Shown here: positions 1-8,469 of the stretch, in pieces | Layout of the letters: each line of letters begins with the position of its first letter | Numbering within the stretch: the stretch's first letter is position 1 | NCBI RefSeq assembly: GCF_000008625.1 | Contig: NC_000918.1 | Coordinates: forward strand, 420,001 to 452,000 | Reading direction: 5' to 3' | Source: Aquifex aeolicus VF5 | Lineage (GTDB): Bacteria; Aquificota; Aquificia; Aquificales; Aquificaceae | Length of the DNA: 32,000 bases | Notes under the pieces: model-generated | What the model saw: only the letters and a program-made list of their open reading frames with translations | Databases searched by the model: none | Told to the model about the DNA's origin: nothing | Position numbers and translations under genes: made by a program

Positions 1-88
1 CGTGGAAGTTGACGGCAACCTTATTACCGCAACCGATCCCAAGTCCATGCTTGAGATGATGAAGGTGATTATATCGAGGCTAAAGTAA
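1..88 (+). CDS. 3-prime end of a gene entering from the left edge; possibly DJ-1/PfpI family
   Basis: Open frame from position 2 to TAA at 86-88, giving ...VEVDGNLITATDPKSMLEMMKVIISRLK. The stop overlaps the next ATG (TAATG). The VDGNLIT-type C-terminus is typical of DJ-1/PfpI proteins as I recall them. Only 28 aa are visible. Confidence 0.35.
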   Translation, partial: VEVDGNLITATDPKSMLEMMKVIISRLK

Positions 89-924
89 TGAAGAAATTTT
101 TAATAATCCTCTTATCCTTCGTTCTTTTCGTATTCCCTGAGGATCTTATTCTCGTGAGCATTTATCCCTTTTACGACGTTGTAAAAGACATAAGCGGGAA
201 GTATTACAGAGTTGAGAGTTTAGTTCCTCCGAAAGCGGATTACCACGTTTACGAATTGACACCAAGAGAACTCATAAAACTCTACAGGGCAAAAGTCGTT
301 TTCGTTAGCGGTGTTCCCTTAGGAGAGTGGGAAGAGAAGGTGGAGAAAATAGCCAAGGGCAAAGTTTACTCCCTGTCAAAAGGCATAGAGCTAATCACCT
401 ACGGACACGAAGAATTAGGGAAGGATCCTCATTTCTGGGTATCTCCAAAAAGAATGCTAAAAGTGGCTAAAAACGTAGAAGAAGCCCTCACGGAAACCTT
501 TAAAAAGAACTTTTCTGAAAATTACAAAAACGTTGAGCAAGAGCTGAAAAAACTGGATGAAGCTTACACGAAAACGCTTTCCAAGTGCGAGTATAAAAAG
601 TTCGGAGCAGTTCACGGAGCCTTCGGATACCTTGCGAAAGACTACGGACTTGAACAGGTACTCCTCAGGGAGGAGCACGGACACGGTGATATATCTCCAT
701 CTGAACTGAAAAAACTTGTAAAACTCATAAAGAAAAAGGAAATAAAGGTAGTTTTAATTCCTAAAGGTGTGCACTCAAAGTTTGCAGAAATATTGAAGGA
801 AACGTACAACATCACCGTTTACGAGGTAAACGTTAAGATAATCCCGGAAGAGGAGGGAGATAATTATTACAAAATTATGGAAAGGAACTTAAAAGTTTTA
901 AAAGAAGCTCTCAAATGCGGGTAA
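88..924 (+). CDS. znuA: Periplasmic metal-binding protein of a ZnuA/TroA-type (cluster 9) ABC importer
   Basis: 278-aa ORF with an N-terminal hydrophobic signal (MKKFLIILLSFVLFVF) and a short His/acidic loop (REEHGHGD). It is followed by, and overlaps, the ABC ATPase and permease genes. Confidence 0.8.
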   Translation: MKKFLIILLSFVLFVFPEDLILVSIYPFYDVVKDISGKYYRVESLVPPKADYHVYELTPRELIKLYRAKVVFVSGVPLGEWEEKVEKIAKGKVYSLSKGIELITYGHEELGKDPHFWVSPKRMLKVAKNVEEALTETFKKNFSENYKNVEQELKKLDEAYTKTLSKCEYKKFGAVHGAFGYLAKDYGLEQVLLREEHGHGDISPSELKKLVKLIKKKEIKVVLIPKGVHSKFAEILKETYNITVYEVNVKIIPEEEGDNYYKIMERNLKVLKEALKCG

Positions 925-1613
925 TAGAAGTAAAAAATCTTACCTTTTCATACGACGGTAAACACAACGTCCTTGAAGACGTTTCTTTTTACGTAGAAAA
1001 GGGAGACTTTTTGGGGATAGTTGGCCCAAACGGAGCGGGGAAATCCACACTTCTGAAATTGATTCTCGGCTTTTTAAAGCCAAAATCTGGAGAGATATAC
1101 CTCTTCGGAAAGAAAATAGAAGAATTCAAAGACTGGAAAAGGGTGGGATACGTTCCCCAGAGACTTAGCGTGGAACACGCTTTTCCCGGAACTGTGAAGG
1201 AGCTCCTAAGCAGCGTATGCGAAGACAAGAAGGAAATAGATTACCTTGTTGAGTTTTTAAAGTTAAAGAATATAGTTAACAAGCAATTTACAAAGCTCTC
1301 GGGAGGACAGCAACAGAGGGTTTTACTTGCTATGGCTCTTTCCTACAATCCTGAACTTATACTCCTCGACGAGCCAACTGTAGGACTTGACGTACACGCA
1401 ATAAACCACTTCATGAGTATTCTACTGGATCTCAATATGAACCATAAAAAGAGTATAGTGATGATTTCCCACGATATAGGAACACTCCTCAAACACGCGA
1501 GTAAAATACTGTGTCTGAATAAAAAGGTATGCTACTTCGGAGAACCTGAGGGGGCAATAGAGTACATAGAGGAAGCCTTCGGGCTGAGGGGTTTTCTCCA
1601 TGGAGTTTCTTAG
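915..1613 (+). CDS. znuC: Metal ABC transporter ATP-binding protein (ZnuC-like)
   Basis: Walker A GPNGAGKST, ABC signature LSGGQQQR and Walker B LILLDEP. The gene overlaps the upstream SBP gene by 10 nt. Confidence 0.9.
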   Translation: MRVIEVKNLTFSYDGKHNVLEDVSFYVEKGDFLGIVGPNGAGKSTLLKLILGFLKPKSGEIYLFGKKIEEFKDWKRVGYVPQRLSVEHAFPGTVKELLSSVCEDKKEIDYLVEFLKLKNIVNKQFTKLSGGQQQRVLLAMALSYNPELILLDEPTVGLDVHAINHFMSILLDLNMNHKKSIVMISHDIGTLLKHASKILCLNKKVCYFGEPEGAIEYIEEAFGLRGFLHGVS

Positions 1614-2402
1614 TTACGACTTCGTCCAGAGGGACTTATTGCCGGAATACTCATAGGTGTATCCACTGCATTGACAGGAGTCTTTTTAATCTTGAGAAGG
1701 TACGCATTTCTGGGAGCGGGTCTCTCTCACGCTGCCTTCGGAGGCATAGCCCTCAGTTTCTTGCTGGGAACCGACGTATACTTAACTACCGTTATCTTTA
1801 CTATTCTGGTTGCGAACTTCGTCCAGTTTCTGACTCAAACAAAGAAAGTTCCCGGTGACACCGCAATTGCAGTTATTTTCTCAAGCGGTATGGCGCTCGC
1901 CGTAACCATTCTGGGAATTGTCAGGGGATTCGGTGAAAACCTCTTTTCGTACCTTTTCGGAAACATACTCATGGTTACGAAGGAAGAACTCTTCTACACG
2001 GCGGGTGTGTTTCTTATAACTCTGCTTTTTATAGGAATCTTTTACAAGAAACTCCTTCTCACAACGTTTTCCGAAGAAATGGCGAAGGTAAAGGGGATAA
2101 ACATATCCTTCCTGAATTACTCCTTTGTTACGCTCACGGCTCTCGTTGTGGTCGCAAGCATAAAGGCAGTAGGGGTAATACTTGCCTCTTCCTTAGTCGT
2201 AATTCCTGCGATGAGCGGTTTGATACTTGCAGGTTCCTTCTTGAGCAGTCTAATAATATCTTCGGTTGTTTCTACTCTTTCCGTTGTCCTCGGGATATAT
2301 ATTTCCTTCAATTACGACGTTCCGCCGAGCGGTTCGATAGTGGGAATAGCGATACTCCTCTTTCTAGCTTCCTTCTTACTGAGAAAGCTTCCTCTGAAGT
2401 AG
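1600..2402 (+). CDS. znuB: Metal ABC transporter permease (ZnuB-like), with an apparent frameshift near its 5-prime end
   Basis: The track ORF 1671..2402 (TTG start) is multi-TM and carries the LSHAAFGG region. ATG 1600 in another frame encodes MEFLSYDFVQR, a family-typical N-terminus. It joins the downstream frame (GLIAGILIGVSTALTGV...) if one G is added to GGG 1631-1633. Confidence 0.75.
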
Positions 2403-3338
2403 AACCTTGAACCTGTCTCCCATAGAGATAAGCATGGTCTTCAGTCTAGATAGCCTTTCCACACTCTCAGCACTCTCCTCCCAGCTCAGTTTCTCGAGTT
2501 CGTTCAAGAATGTTGGTATGTGCATCAAAAAGTCCCTCTGACTTTGGAAGAGAATAGTCTCAAGACCAAAGTCCCTTCCGTATTCCATGAGTGCGGAAAA
2601 ATTCACGTGTGCGGTTATGTCCGCGTTCCCAGCTTCCTTTAGAAAGTCCTTTACAACCTTGTGTTCTTTGTAGGCTACTACAGTCCCCTCAGGATACTTT
2701 GTTATTTCCTCGGAAGTGTACCCGTAATCTATCACGAAATGATAACCTTCAACAAGACTCTCGGAAATTTTCTTCAGCATATCTATACAGTCGAGACAAA
2801 CTTCCACAATCTGATTTAAGTTTTCGTAATTCATTCTCCTTAGGAATTCCTTTACCTTCTCGTTTTCTAAACTTAGCCACACTTCGCTTCCCTTTTCATC
2901 AACGTAAAGCTCCTTACCTCCCTTTACTATGTGAACAGGAAGGGCGTCAAAAAACTCATTTGAGAACACTATTCCTTCAACCTTCGGTAGCTCTTCTACC
3001 CATTCCACGTTTTTAAAGTTCTTTAAAACTTCTCTTTGCTTACTTATCAGGTAAGGACTGAACTCGTATATGTAATACTTTAATCTGTTGAAAAGATCCG
3101 GATAATTTGCCCTGTAGTAATTAAGGATGTCGTAAGCAAGCAGCCCTCTCCCGGCACCCAGTTCAACAAGGGCGGGTCTTTCAAACTCAGAAAGGTGCTG
3201 GGAAAAGAACTCGGCGAGTGCTTCGCCAAAAGCCCTGTCCAGTTCCGGAGCCGTAAAGAAGTCCTTTAAAGCCCTCTGGGAGGAGTAGTAATCCTTTACC
3301 GCTTTTTCCATAAAGTCTCTGAAACTGATAAAAGCCAT
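2376..3338 (-). CDS. SAM-dependent methyltransferase, MidA/NDUFAF7-like (DUF185 type)
   Basis: 320-aa ORF with the SAM-binding motif LVELGAGRGLLAYDIL and overall MidA-like layout (recalled family pattern). Its 3-prime end overlaps the convergent permease gene. Confidence 0.6.
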   Translation of the reverse strand: MAFISFRDFMEKAVKDYYSSQRALKDFFTAPELDRAFGEALAEFFSQHLSEFERPALVELGAGRGLLAYDILNYYRANYPDLFNRLKYYIYEFSPYLISKQREVLKNFKNVEWVEELPKVEGIVFSNEFFDALPVHIVKGGKELYVDEKGSEVWLSLENEKVKEFLRRMNYENLNQIVEVCLDCIDMLKKISESLVEGYHFVIDYGYTSEEITKYPEGTVVAYKEHKVVKDFLKEAGNADITAHVNFSALMEYGRDFGLETILFQSQRDFLMHIPTFLNELEKLSWEESAESVERLSRLKTMLISMGDRFKVLLQRKLSQ

Positions 3339-3372
3339 TATTTAGAATATATTAAATACTTTACGGGAGAAG

Positions 3373-5553
3373 ATGAAAAAGTTAGTAATAGGTATTTTAG
3401 GAATAGTTATAGCCTTATTTGTCGGACTGCTTGTCTTCCTCATACCCATCTACAAAAACCTTCCCGATCCGAAACTCTTGGAGAGCTGGACACCGCCTCA
3501 AGCCTCGGAGGTTTACGATGCAAAGGGAAGGTTGTACGGGACGATAGGCATCCAGAAGAGGTTTTACGTGAGTATAGACAAAATTCCCGAACACGTTATA
3601 AACGCCTTCGTTGCGACTGAGGACAGAAACTTCTGGCATCACTTCGGGATTGACCCTGTGGCAATAGTAAGGGCTGCAATTGTGAACTACAGAGCCGGCA
3701 GGATAGTTCAGGGAGGTAGTACGATAACCCAGCAACTCGCTAAAAACTTATTCCTAACTAGAGAAAGGACACTGGAGAGAAAGATAAAGGAGGCACTCCT
3801 TGCCATAAAGATTGAGAGAACCTTTGACAAAAAGAAGATAATGGAATTGTATTTAAACCAGATATATCTAGGGAGCGGAGCTTACGGCGTTGAAGCGGCA
3901 GCTCAGGTATACTTCGGAAAACACGTTTGGGAACTTTCCTTAGATGAGGCAGCGCTCCTAGCAGCTCTGCCAAAAGCCCCCGCAAAGTACAACCCCTTTT
4001 ACCACCCCGAGAGGGCACTCCAGAGAAGAAATCTCGTACTGAAACGGATGCTAGAAGAAGGTTATATCACTCCAGAGCAGTACGAGGAGGCGGTGAATAA
4101 ACCCCTGACGGTAAAAAAAGAAAACAAGTACAAATTCTCCGATTACTTCCTCGATATGGTGAAGAGTTACGTTTTTAACAAGTATGGGGAAATTGCATAT
4201 AAGGGCAGGTTAAAGATATACACAACGATAGATTTGGACTACCAGAAAATCGCTCAAAAATCGCTTGAGGAAGGTTTGAAGAGAGTAGCAAAGATTATAG
4301 GACTTCCTTTCCTTCCAAAGTCCGAAGAAGATATGGAGCTCGCTTATGAGAAAGAAGCACAGTTAAAGAGATTAAAAAGAGGAAAGATCTACGTAGCTAA
4401 GATCTTGAAGTACGACGGAAATTTCATGAAAGTAGAAATCCACGGCAAAAAATTAAAGGGAGAAATAAAAGGGCTTAACACCGAAGGACATAAGTATGTT
4501 TTCGTGAAATACCTCGGAGGAAATAGGGCGGAGATAATTCCTGACCTTGAGGGGAGTTTAGTCAGCATAGACGTAAAAACTGGAGAAATAAAGGCTATAG
4601 TGGGAGGAAGGAGTTACGCCTACTCTCAGTTCAACAGAGCTGTAAAAGCCCTAAGACAACCCGGTTCAGCTATAAAGCCCGTGATATACCTGTCCGCACT
4701 TCTGAAGGGAATGACTCAAATTTCCACGATTGACGCTTCTTCCAAACCGTACTACGACCCCTCAAAGGGCGAAGACTGGATTCCCAAAAACTATGACGAA
4801 AAAGAATACGGAAACGTTACCCTCAGGTATGCTCTTGCACACAGTATAAATACCGCGGCAGTAAACTTGCTGGACAAAGTGGGTTTTGAACTAGTCCTGG
4901 AAGTTGGCAAGAAAGTAGGATTAGACAATTTAAAACCTTACTACTCTTTAGCTCTGGGAACGGTAGAGGTCACGCCCCTGCAACTCACTGCGGCTTATCA
5001 AGTCTTTGCAAACCTCGGAACGGAGTGTAAACCTTTCTTTATAAAGAAGATAGTGGATGAAAACGGAGAAGTGCTAGAAGAAAACGTACCAGAGTGTGAG
5101 GAAGTCCTTCCAAAGCCTGAAACGAGAGTACCCGTGGATATGCTCAGAGCCGTGGTGCTGGAAGGTACAGCGAGGAGGGCGAGTGTACTGGACAGGATAG
5201 TAGCCGGAAAAACGGGAACTACCGACGATTTTCAGGATGCATGGTTTGTAGGCTTTTCTCCATACATAGTGACGGGTGTATGGGTGGGGTACGACGTGAA
5301 AAAGTCTCTCGGAAAGCATATGTCGGGTTCAAGGGTAGCACTTCCAATATGGATAGACTACATGAAAGTTGTTACAAGGATGTATCCAAACGAGGACTTT
5401 GAACTCCCTCCTGAAAATATAGTAGTAAATATAAACCCTAAAGACCTTGTTCTCGCGGATGAGACTTGCGAAGGTGTCCCTATGGTTTTCGTAAAGGGAA
5501 CAGAACCTCATATAACGTGCTCTGACTTGAATGCCATACTGGGACTCAGATGA
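3373..5553 (+). CDS. mrcA: Class A penicillin-binding protein 1A (glycosyltransferase plus transpeptidase)
   Basis: N-terminal TM anchor. GT51 motifs EDRNFWHHFGID and GGSTITQQ. Transpeptidase motifs SAIKP (SxxK) and KTGTT. A GGGAG SD lies upstream of the ATG. Confidence 0.92.
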   Translation: MKKLVIGILGIVIALFVGLLVFLIPIYKNLPDPKLLESWTPPQASEVYDAKGRLYGTIGIQKRFYVSIDKIPEHVINAFVATEDRNFWHHFGIDPVAIVRAAIVNYRAGRIVQGGSTITQQLAKNLFLTRERTLERKIKEALLAIKIERTFDKKKIMELYLNQIYLGSGAYGVEAAAQVYFGKHVWELSLDEAALLAALPKAPAKYNPFYHPERALQRRNLVLKRMLEEGYITPEQYEEAVNKPLTVKKENKYKFSDYFLDMVKSYVFNKYGEIAYKGRLKIYTTIDLDYQKIAQKSLEEGLKRVAKIIGLPFLPKSEEDMELAYEKEAQLKRLKRGKIYVAKILKYDGNFMKVEIHGKKLKGEIKGLNTEGHKYVFVKYLGGNRAEIIPDLEGSLVSIDVKTGEIKAIVGGRSYAYSQFNRAVKALRQPGSAIKPVIYLSALLKGMTQISTIDASSKPYYDPSKGEDWIPKNYDEKEYGNVTLRYALAHSINTAAVNLLDKVGFELVLEVGKKVGLDNLKPYYSLALGTVEVTPLQLTAAYQVFANLGTECKPFFIKKIVDENGEVLEENVPECEEVLPKPETRVPVDMLRAVVLEGTARRASVLDRIVAGKTGTTDDFQDAWFVGFSPYIVTGVWVGYDVKKSLGKHMSGSRVALPIWIDYMKVVTRMYPNEDFELPPENIVVNINPKDLVLADETCEGVPMVFVKGTEPHITCSDLNAILGLR

Positions 5554-6671
5554 GGTGGATTGAGGAGGAATTAAAGAGAATTAAGGAAGCAAACCTTTAC
5601 AGGGAAAGGATACTCCTTGAGGGAGTAAAGGATTTCTGCTCCAATGATTACTTGGGACTTAGAAAACACCCAGAAGTTGTAGAAGAAAGTATAAGGGTTT
5701 TAAAGGAAGCAGGACTAGGTTCAGGTGCTTCTCAACTGGTTTCCGGATACACAAAGCACCACAGGGAACTTGAGGAAAAACTTGCGGAGTTTAAGGGAAC
5801 TGAAAGCTGTGTTCTCTTCGGAAGCGGTTTTTTAGCAAACGTAGGAACGATACCGGCCCTTGTGGAAGAAGGAGATCTCGTCCTGAGTGACGAATTAAAT
5901 CACGCATCTATAATAGACGGAGTAAGACTTTCTAAAGCTCAAAAAAGGGTTTTTAAGCATAAAGATTACGAGGAACTTGAGGAGTTTTTAAAGAAAAACA
6001 GGAAAAAGTTTAGAAGAGTTCTAATAATTACGGACACCGTGTTCAGTATGGACGGAGATGTAGCGGATTTGAAAAGATTAACACAGATATGTGAAGAGTA
6101 CGACTGTATGCTTTACATAGACGAGGCGCACACAACGGGAACGATAGGAAAAGGCGGACTTGATTACTTTGGAATAGAACACAAAGAGTACATAATCGTT
6201 ATGGGAACATTATCAAAGGCTTTAGGAAGTTACGGAGCTTTTGTCTGCGGAACAAAATTACTGATAGATTACCTTGTGAACAAAGCGAGGAGTTTAATAT
6301 TCTCAACCTCTTTACCGCCTTCCGTGTGTGCAGGTGCTAAAAAAGCTATTGAGATAATAGAAGAAAATCCAAAATTAATTGAGTTTTTAAGAAAAAAAGA
6401 AAAGGAAATTTTAGAAATTTTGGAACAATTTTCTTTAGATTACAAATATTACAGCACACCTATAATTCCCATAATGGTTTACGACGAAAAAGAAACAGTA
6501 AGGATAAAAGAAGAACTTCTAAAGGAAGGTGTGTTTATTCAAGCTATAAGGTACCCCACAGTTCCTAAAGGAAAGGCGAGGCTCAGATTAACAGCTTCCT
6601 TAAATTACACAAGGAAAGATTTAGAATTTCTGAAAAATGCTTTAGAAAAAGTTTTAAAAGGAAGGGCTTAG
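5550..6671 (+). CDS. bioF: 8-amino-7-oxononanoate synthase / alpha-oxoamine synthase family (PLP-dependent)
   Basis: 373-aa ORF. The motifs SNDYLGL, SGFLAN, DEAH and the PLP-lysine context GTLSKALG are typical of BioF/Kbl. There is an ATGA start/stop overlap with the PBP gene. Confidence 0.8.
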   Translation: MRWIEEELKRIKEANLYRERILLEGVKDFCSNDYLGLRKHPEVVEESIRVLKEAGLGSGASQLVSGYTKHHRELEEKLAEFKGTESCVLFGSGFLANVGTIPALVEEGDLVLSDELNHASIIDGVRLSKAQKRVFKHKDYEELEEFLKKNRKKFRRVLIITDTVFSMDGDVADLKRLTQICEEYDCMLYIDEAHTTGTIGKGGLDYFGIEHKEYIIVMGTLSKALGSYGAFVCGTKLLIDYLVNKARSLIFSTSLPPSVCAGAKKAIEIIEENPKLIEFLRKKEKEILEILEQFSLDYKYYSTPIIPIMVYDEKETVRIKEELLKEGVFIQAIRYPTVPKGKARLRLTASLNYTRKDLEFLKNALEKVLKGRA

Positions 6672-6678
6672 AAAGCCC
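6664..6678 (-). terminator. Short hairpin GGGCTT-aga-AAGCCC spanning the overlapping stop codons of the convergent bioF and OMP genes
   Basis: Perfect 6-bp inverted repeat with a 3-nt loop. On the minus-strand transcript it is followed by TTCCTTTTAAAAC (T-rich). The stem is short, so this is weak. Confidence 0.25.
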
Positions 6679-7594
6679 AGTTTAGCCCTACACCGATGGA
6701 GTGCTGAACCATTTTCGTAGAGACTTCCCCGGCTCCCTGTGCGGCTTTAGCCGTAACAGTTTTGGGAAGAGCGTAAACGTAGGATAGATCTATATTGAAG
6801 TTGGGAGTAATCTTCCAGTTTAGACCCAAGGTTAAGTGGTGTTCCGCAAAAGCTGGGAAACCAACTAAGTTAAACCAGTAAAGTTGAAAGTCTGAAAACC
6901 GTGTATCAAAACTGGGAACACTATTTTTAGGTGTCATAGGATCTAAGTTATCCTTATCTCTTATGGGTGTCTTTCCGTAATTCCAACCAGCCCTGAGAGC
7001 CAAGCTGTCCATAGGCTTGTACTCTACACCGAGACCGAATACCCACTGATCCTCCCAGTCAAAGTCTCCGTATCCGTCAGCTCCGGACCAATCTATCCAT
7101 CTTATATCCAAACCGAGCTTAAGATTTTCAAGCGGTTTTACACCTATACCGAGCCCAACTTCTTGTGGTTGCTGTAATTTCATATCTTCAAACTTTCCGT
7201 CTCCATTTGAGTCAAATACATTTTTATACTTCATGGATACAGGAGACTGATACATCAAACCCGCGTATATAAAGTCTCCCATGTTAAAAGCTATTCCCAG
7301 AGAAACTCCAATTCCGAAGTCCTGAGACTGACCTCCCCCTGCATTCCAACATCTTGTAGGACTTGGCATCATGTCTCCATCGGTATCTTCAAATTGGCAC
7401 ATTTCAGCCCCTACATCCAGAGAACCCCAAGCTATGTGAAGTGCACCACCCACAGAAATCATTTCGTTAATCTTGTAAGAAACCGCAGGTGTTATTCTCA
7501 TGAACTGAAAGTTTGTATGCATCTTAGAAAGCGCATTAGTGTAATGTCCGGGAGGATTTTCAATTAGCTGTTTATCCCTGAAGTCTACACCCAT
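6668..7594 (-). CDS. FadL/OMPP1/TodX-family outer-membrane channel, C-terminal portion (downstream of an in-frame TAA)
   Basis: 308-aa ORF ending in the beta-barrel terminal ...GLNWAF, with alternating G/aromatic beta-strand patterns. The frame stays open upstream to 7633 and is contiguous with ORF 7634..8011 apart from one TAA. Confidence 0.75.
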   Translation of the reverse strand: MGVDFRDKQLIENPPGHYTNALSKMHTNFQFMRITPAVSYKINEMISVGGALHIAWGSLDVGAEMCQFEDTDGDMMPSPTRCWNAGGGQSQDFGIGVSLGIAFNMGDFIYAGLMYQSPVSMKYKNVFDSNGDGKFEDMKLQQPQEVGLGIGVKPLENLKLGLDIRWIDWSGADGYGDFDWEDQWVFGLGVEYKPMDSLALRAGWNYGKTPIRDKDNLDPMTPKNSVPSFDTRFSDFQLYWFNLVGFPAFAEHHLTLGLNWKITPNFNIDLSYVYALPKTVTAKAAQGAGEVSTKMVQHSIGVGLNWAF

Positions 7595-7633
7595 ACCAGA
7601 TACACCGAAAGCTCCTATACCAAGAGCAAGTCT

Positions 7634-8011
7634 TTAGTTTACCTTATGAACTATTCCTACTTCTGGAACTATGAAGGTATCAGCGTCACTCTTTACCCTA
7701 CCGTTGGTTTGGAAGTATCCACCTCCTCCGGAATTTCTTGGTTCAAAATCCATAAACATCTTGGAACTAACCTTTACATTAGGCATGAACAGGATTCCAC
7801 CGAAGCTAAGGAAAAACCTTTTAGTGTTGAAATAGGACATCCATGCTGGGTTTCTGAATATTGAGTCTATGGGTCCGACGGGCATTCCCGTTCCTATTCC
7901 ACCCATTCCCCTGGATGCGGGGCCTATTCCTATCATGTTGTCACCGTTTGTAGCTAAAGCAAAGGGAGCAAGCGCTAAAATAGACCCAATTACTGCAAAT
8001 TTCTTTTTCAT
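7634..8011 (-). CDS. FadL/OMPP1/TodX-family outer-membrane channel, N-terminal portion with signal peptide
   Basis: 125 aa. Signal peptide [20 protein letters not shown], then [11 protein letters not shown]...FRNPAW, typical of the FadL/Toluene_X N-terminus. It terminates at TAA 7634-7636, in frame with the downstream ORF. Confidence 0.75.
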
Positions 8012-8180
8012 CCCTCTACACCTCCTGTATTTTTCCTAACTTTTTATTAAAAAGTTTTGAAGGTAAACGTTGACTTAGTTTTTTCTTATACTTTTTAAAC
8101 CCCCATTTATATAAAAGTTTTAGAATATTAGATTGTTCTTATATTCACTTTGTAAGAATTCAAATCGTATAAAATTTTTT

Positions 8181-8187
8181 GAGGAGG
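8181..8187 (+). promoter_or_regulatory. Shine-Dalgarno GAGGAGG for the MoaD/ThiS-like gene
   Basis: GAGGAGG lies 6 nt upstream of ATG 8194. Confidence 0.7.
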
Positions 8188-8193
8188 TAGGAA

Positions 8194-8469
8194 ATGGCGG
8201 TAATAGTGAGGATACCCACACCCTTGAGAAGGTTAACCAACGGTCAAGGTGAGGTTGAAGTTGAAGCAAAAAGTGTAAGGGAAGCTATTGAAAAGCTGGA
8301 AGAGCAGTTTCCCGGTATAAAGGAAAGGCTTGTGGACGAAAACGGTGAGCTCAGGAAGTTTGTAAATCTCTACGTAAACGACGAAGACATAAGGTTTTTA
8401 AAGGGGCTTGATACAGAACTAAAAGACGGAGATACCCTCTCAATTGTCCCCGCCATCGCCGGCGGTTAA
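8194..8469 (+). CDS. MoaD/ThiS-family sulfur-carrier protein (beta-grasp, C-terminal GG)
   Basis: 91 aa ending ...LSIVPAIAGG. The di-glycine terminus and size are typical of MoaD/ThiS/CysO-type carriers. Confidence 0.75.
   Translation: MAVIVRIPTPLRRLTNGQGEVEVEAKSVREAIEKLEEQFPGIKERLVDENGELRKFVNLYVNDEDIRFLKGLDTELKDGDTLSIVPAIAGG

Noticed and set aside
2591-3016. 141-aa plus-strand ORF inside the MidA-like gene
   Set aside because: It is antisense to a better-supported 320-aa ORF. It is P/R/L/S-rich and looks non-protein-like.
8012-8193. A possible Moco riboswitch or other structured leader in the 182-nt region upstream of the MoaD-like gene
   Set aside because: The region is almost pure A/T with no G/C-paired stems that I can find. 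It looks like a divergent promoter region, not a riboswitch. The -35/-10 candidates I found (TTGACT/TATACT and TTGTAA/TATAAA) have spacers of only 11-12 nt, so I do not call a promoter.
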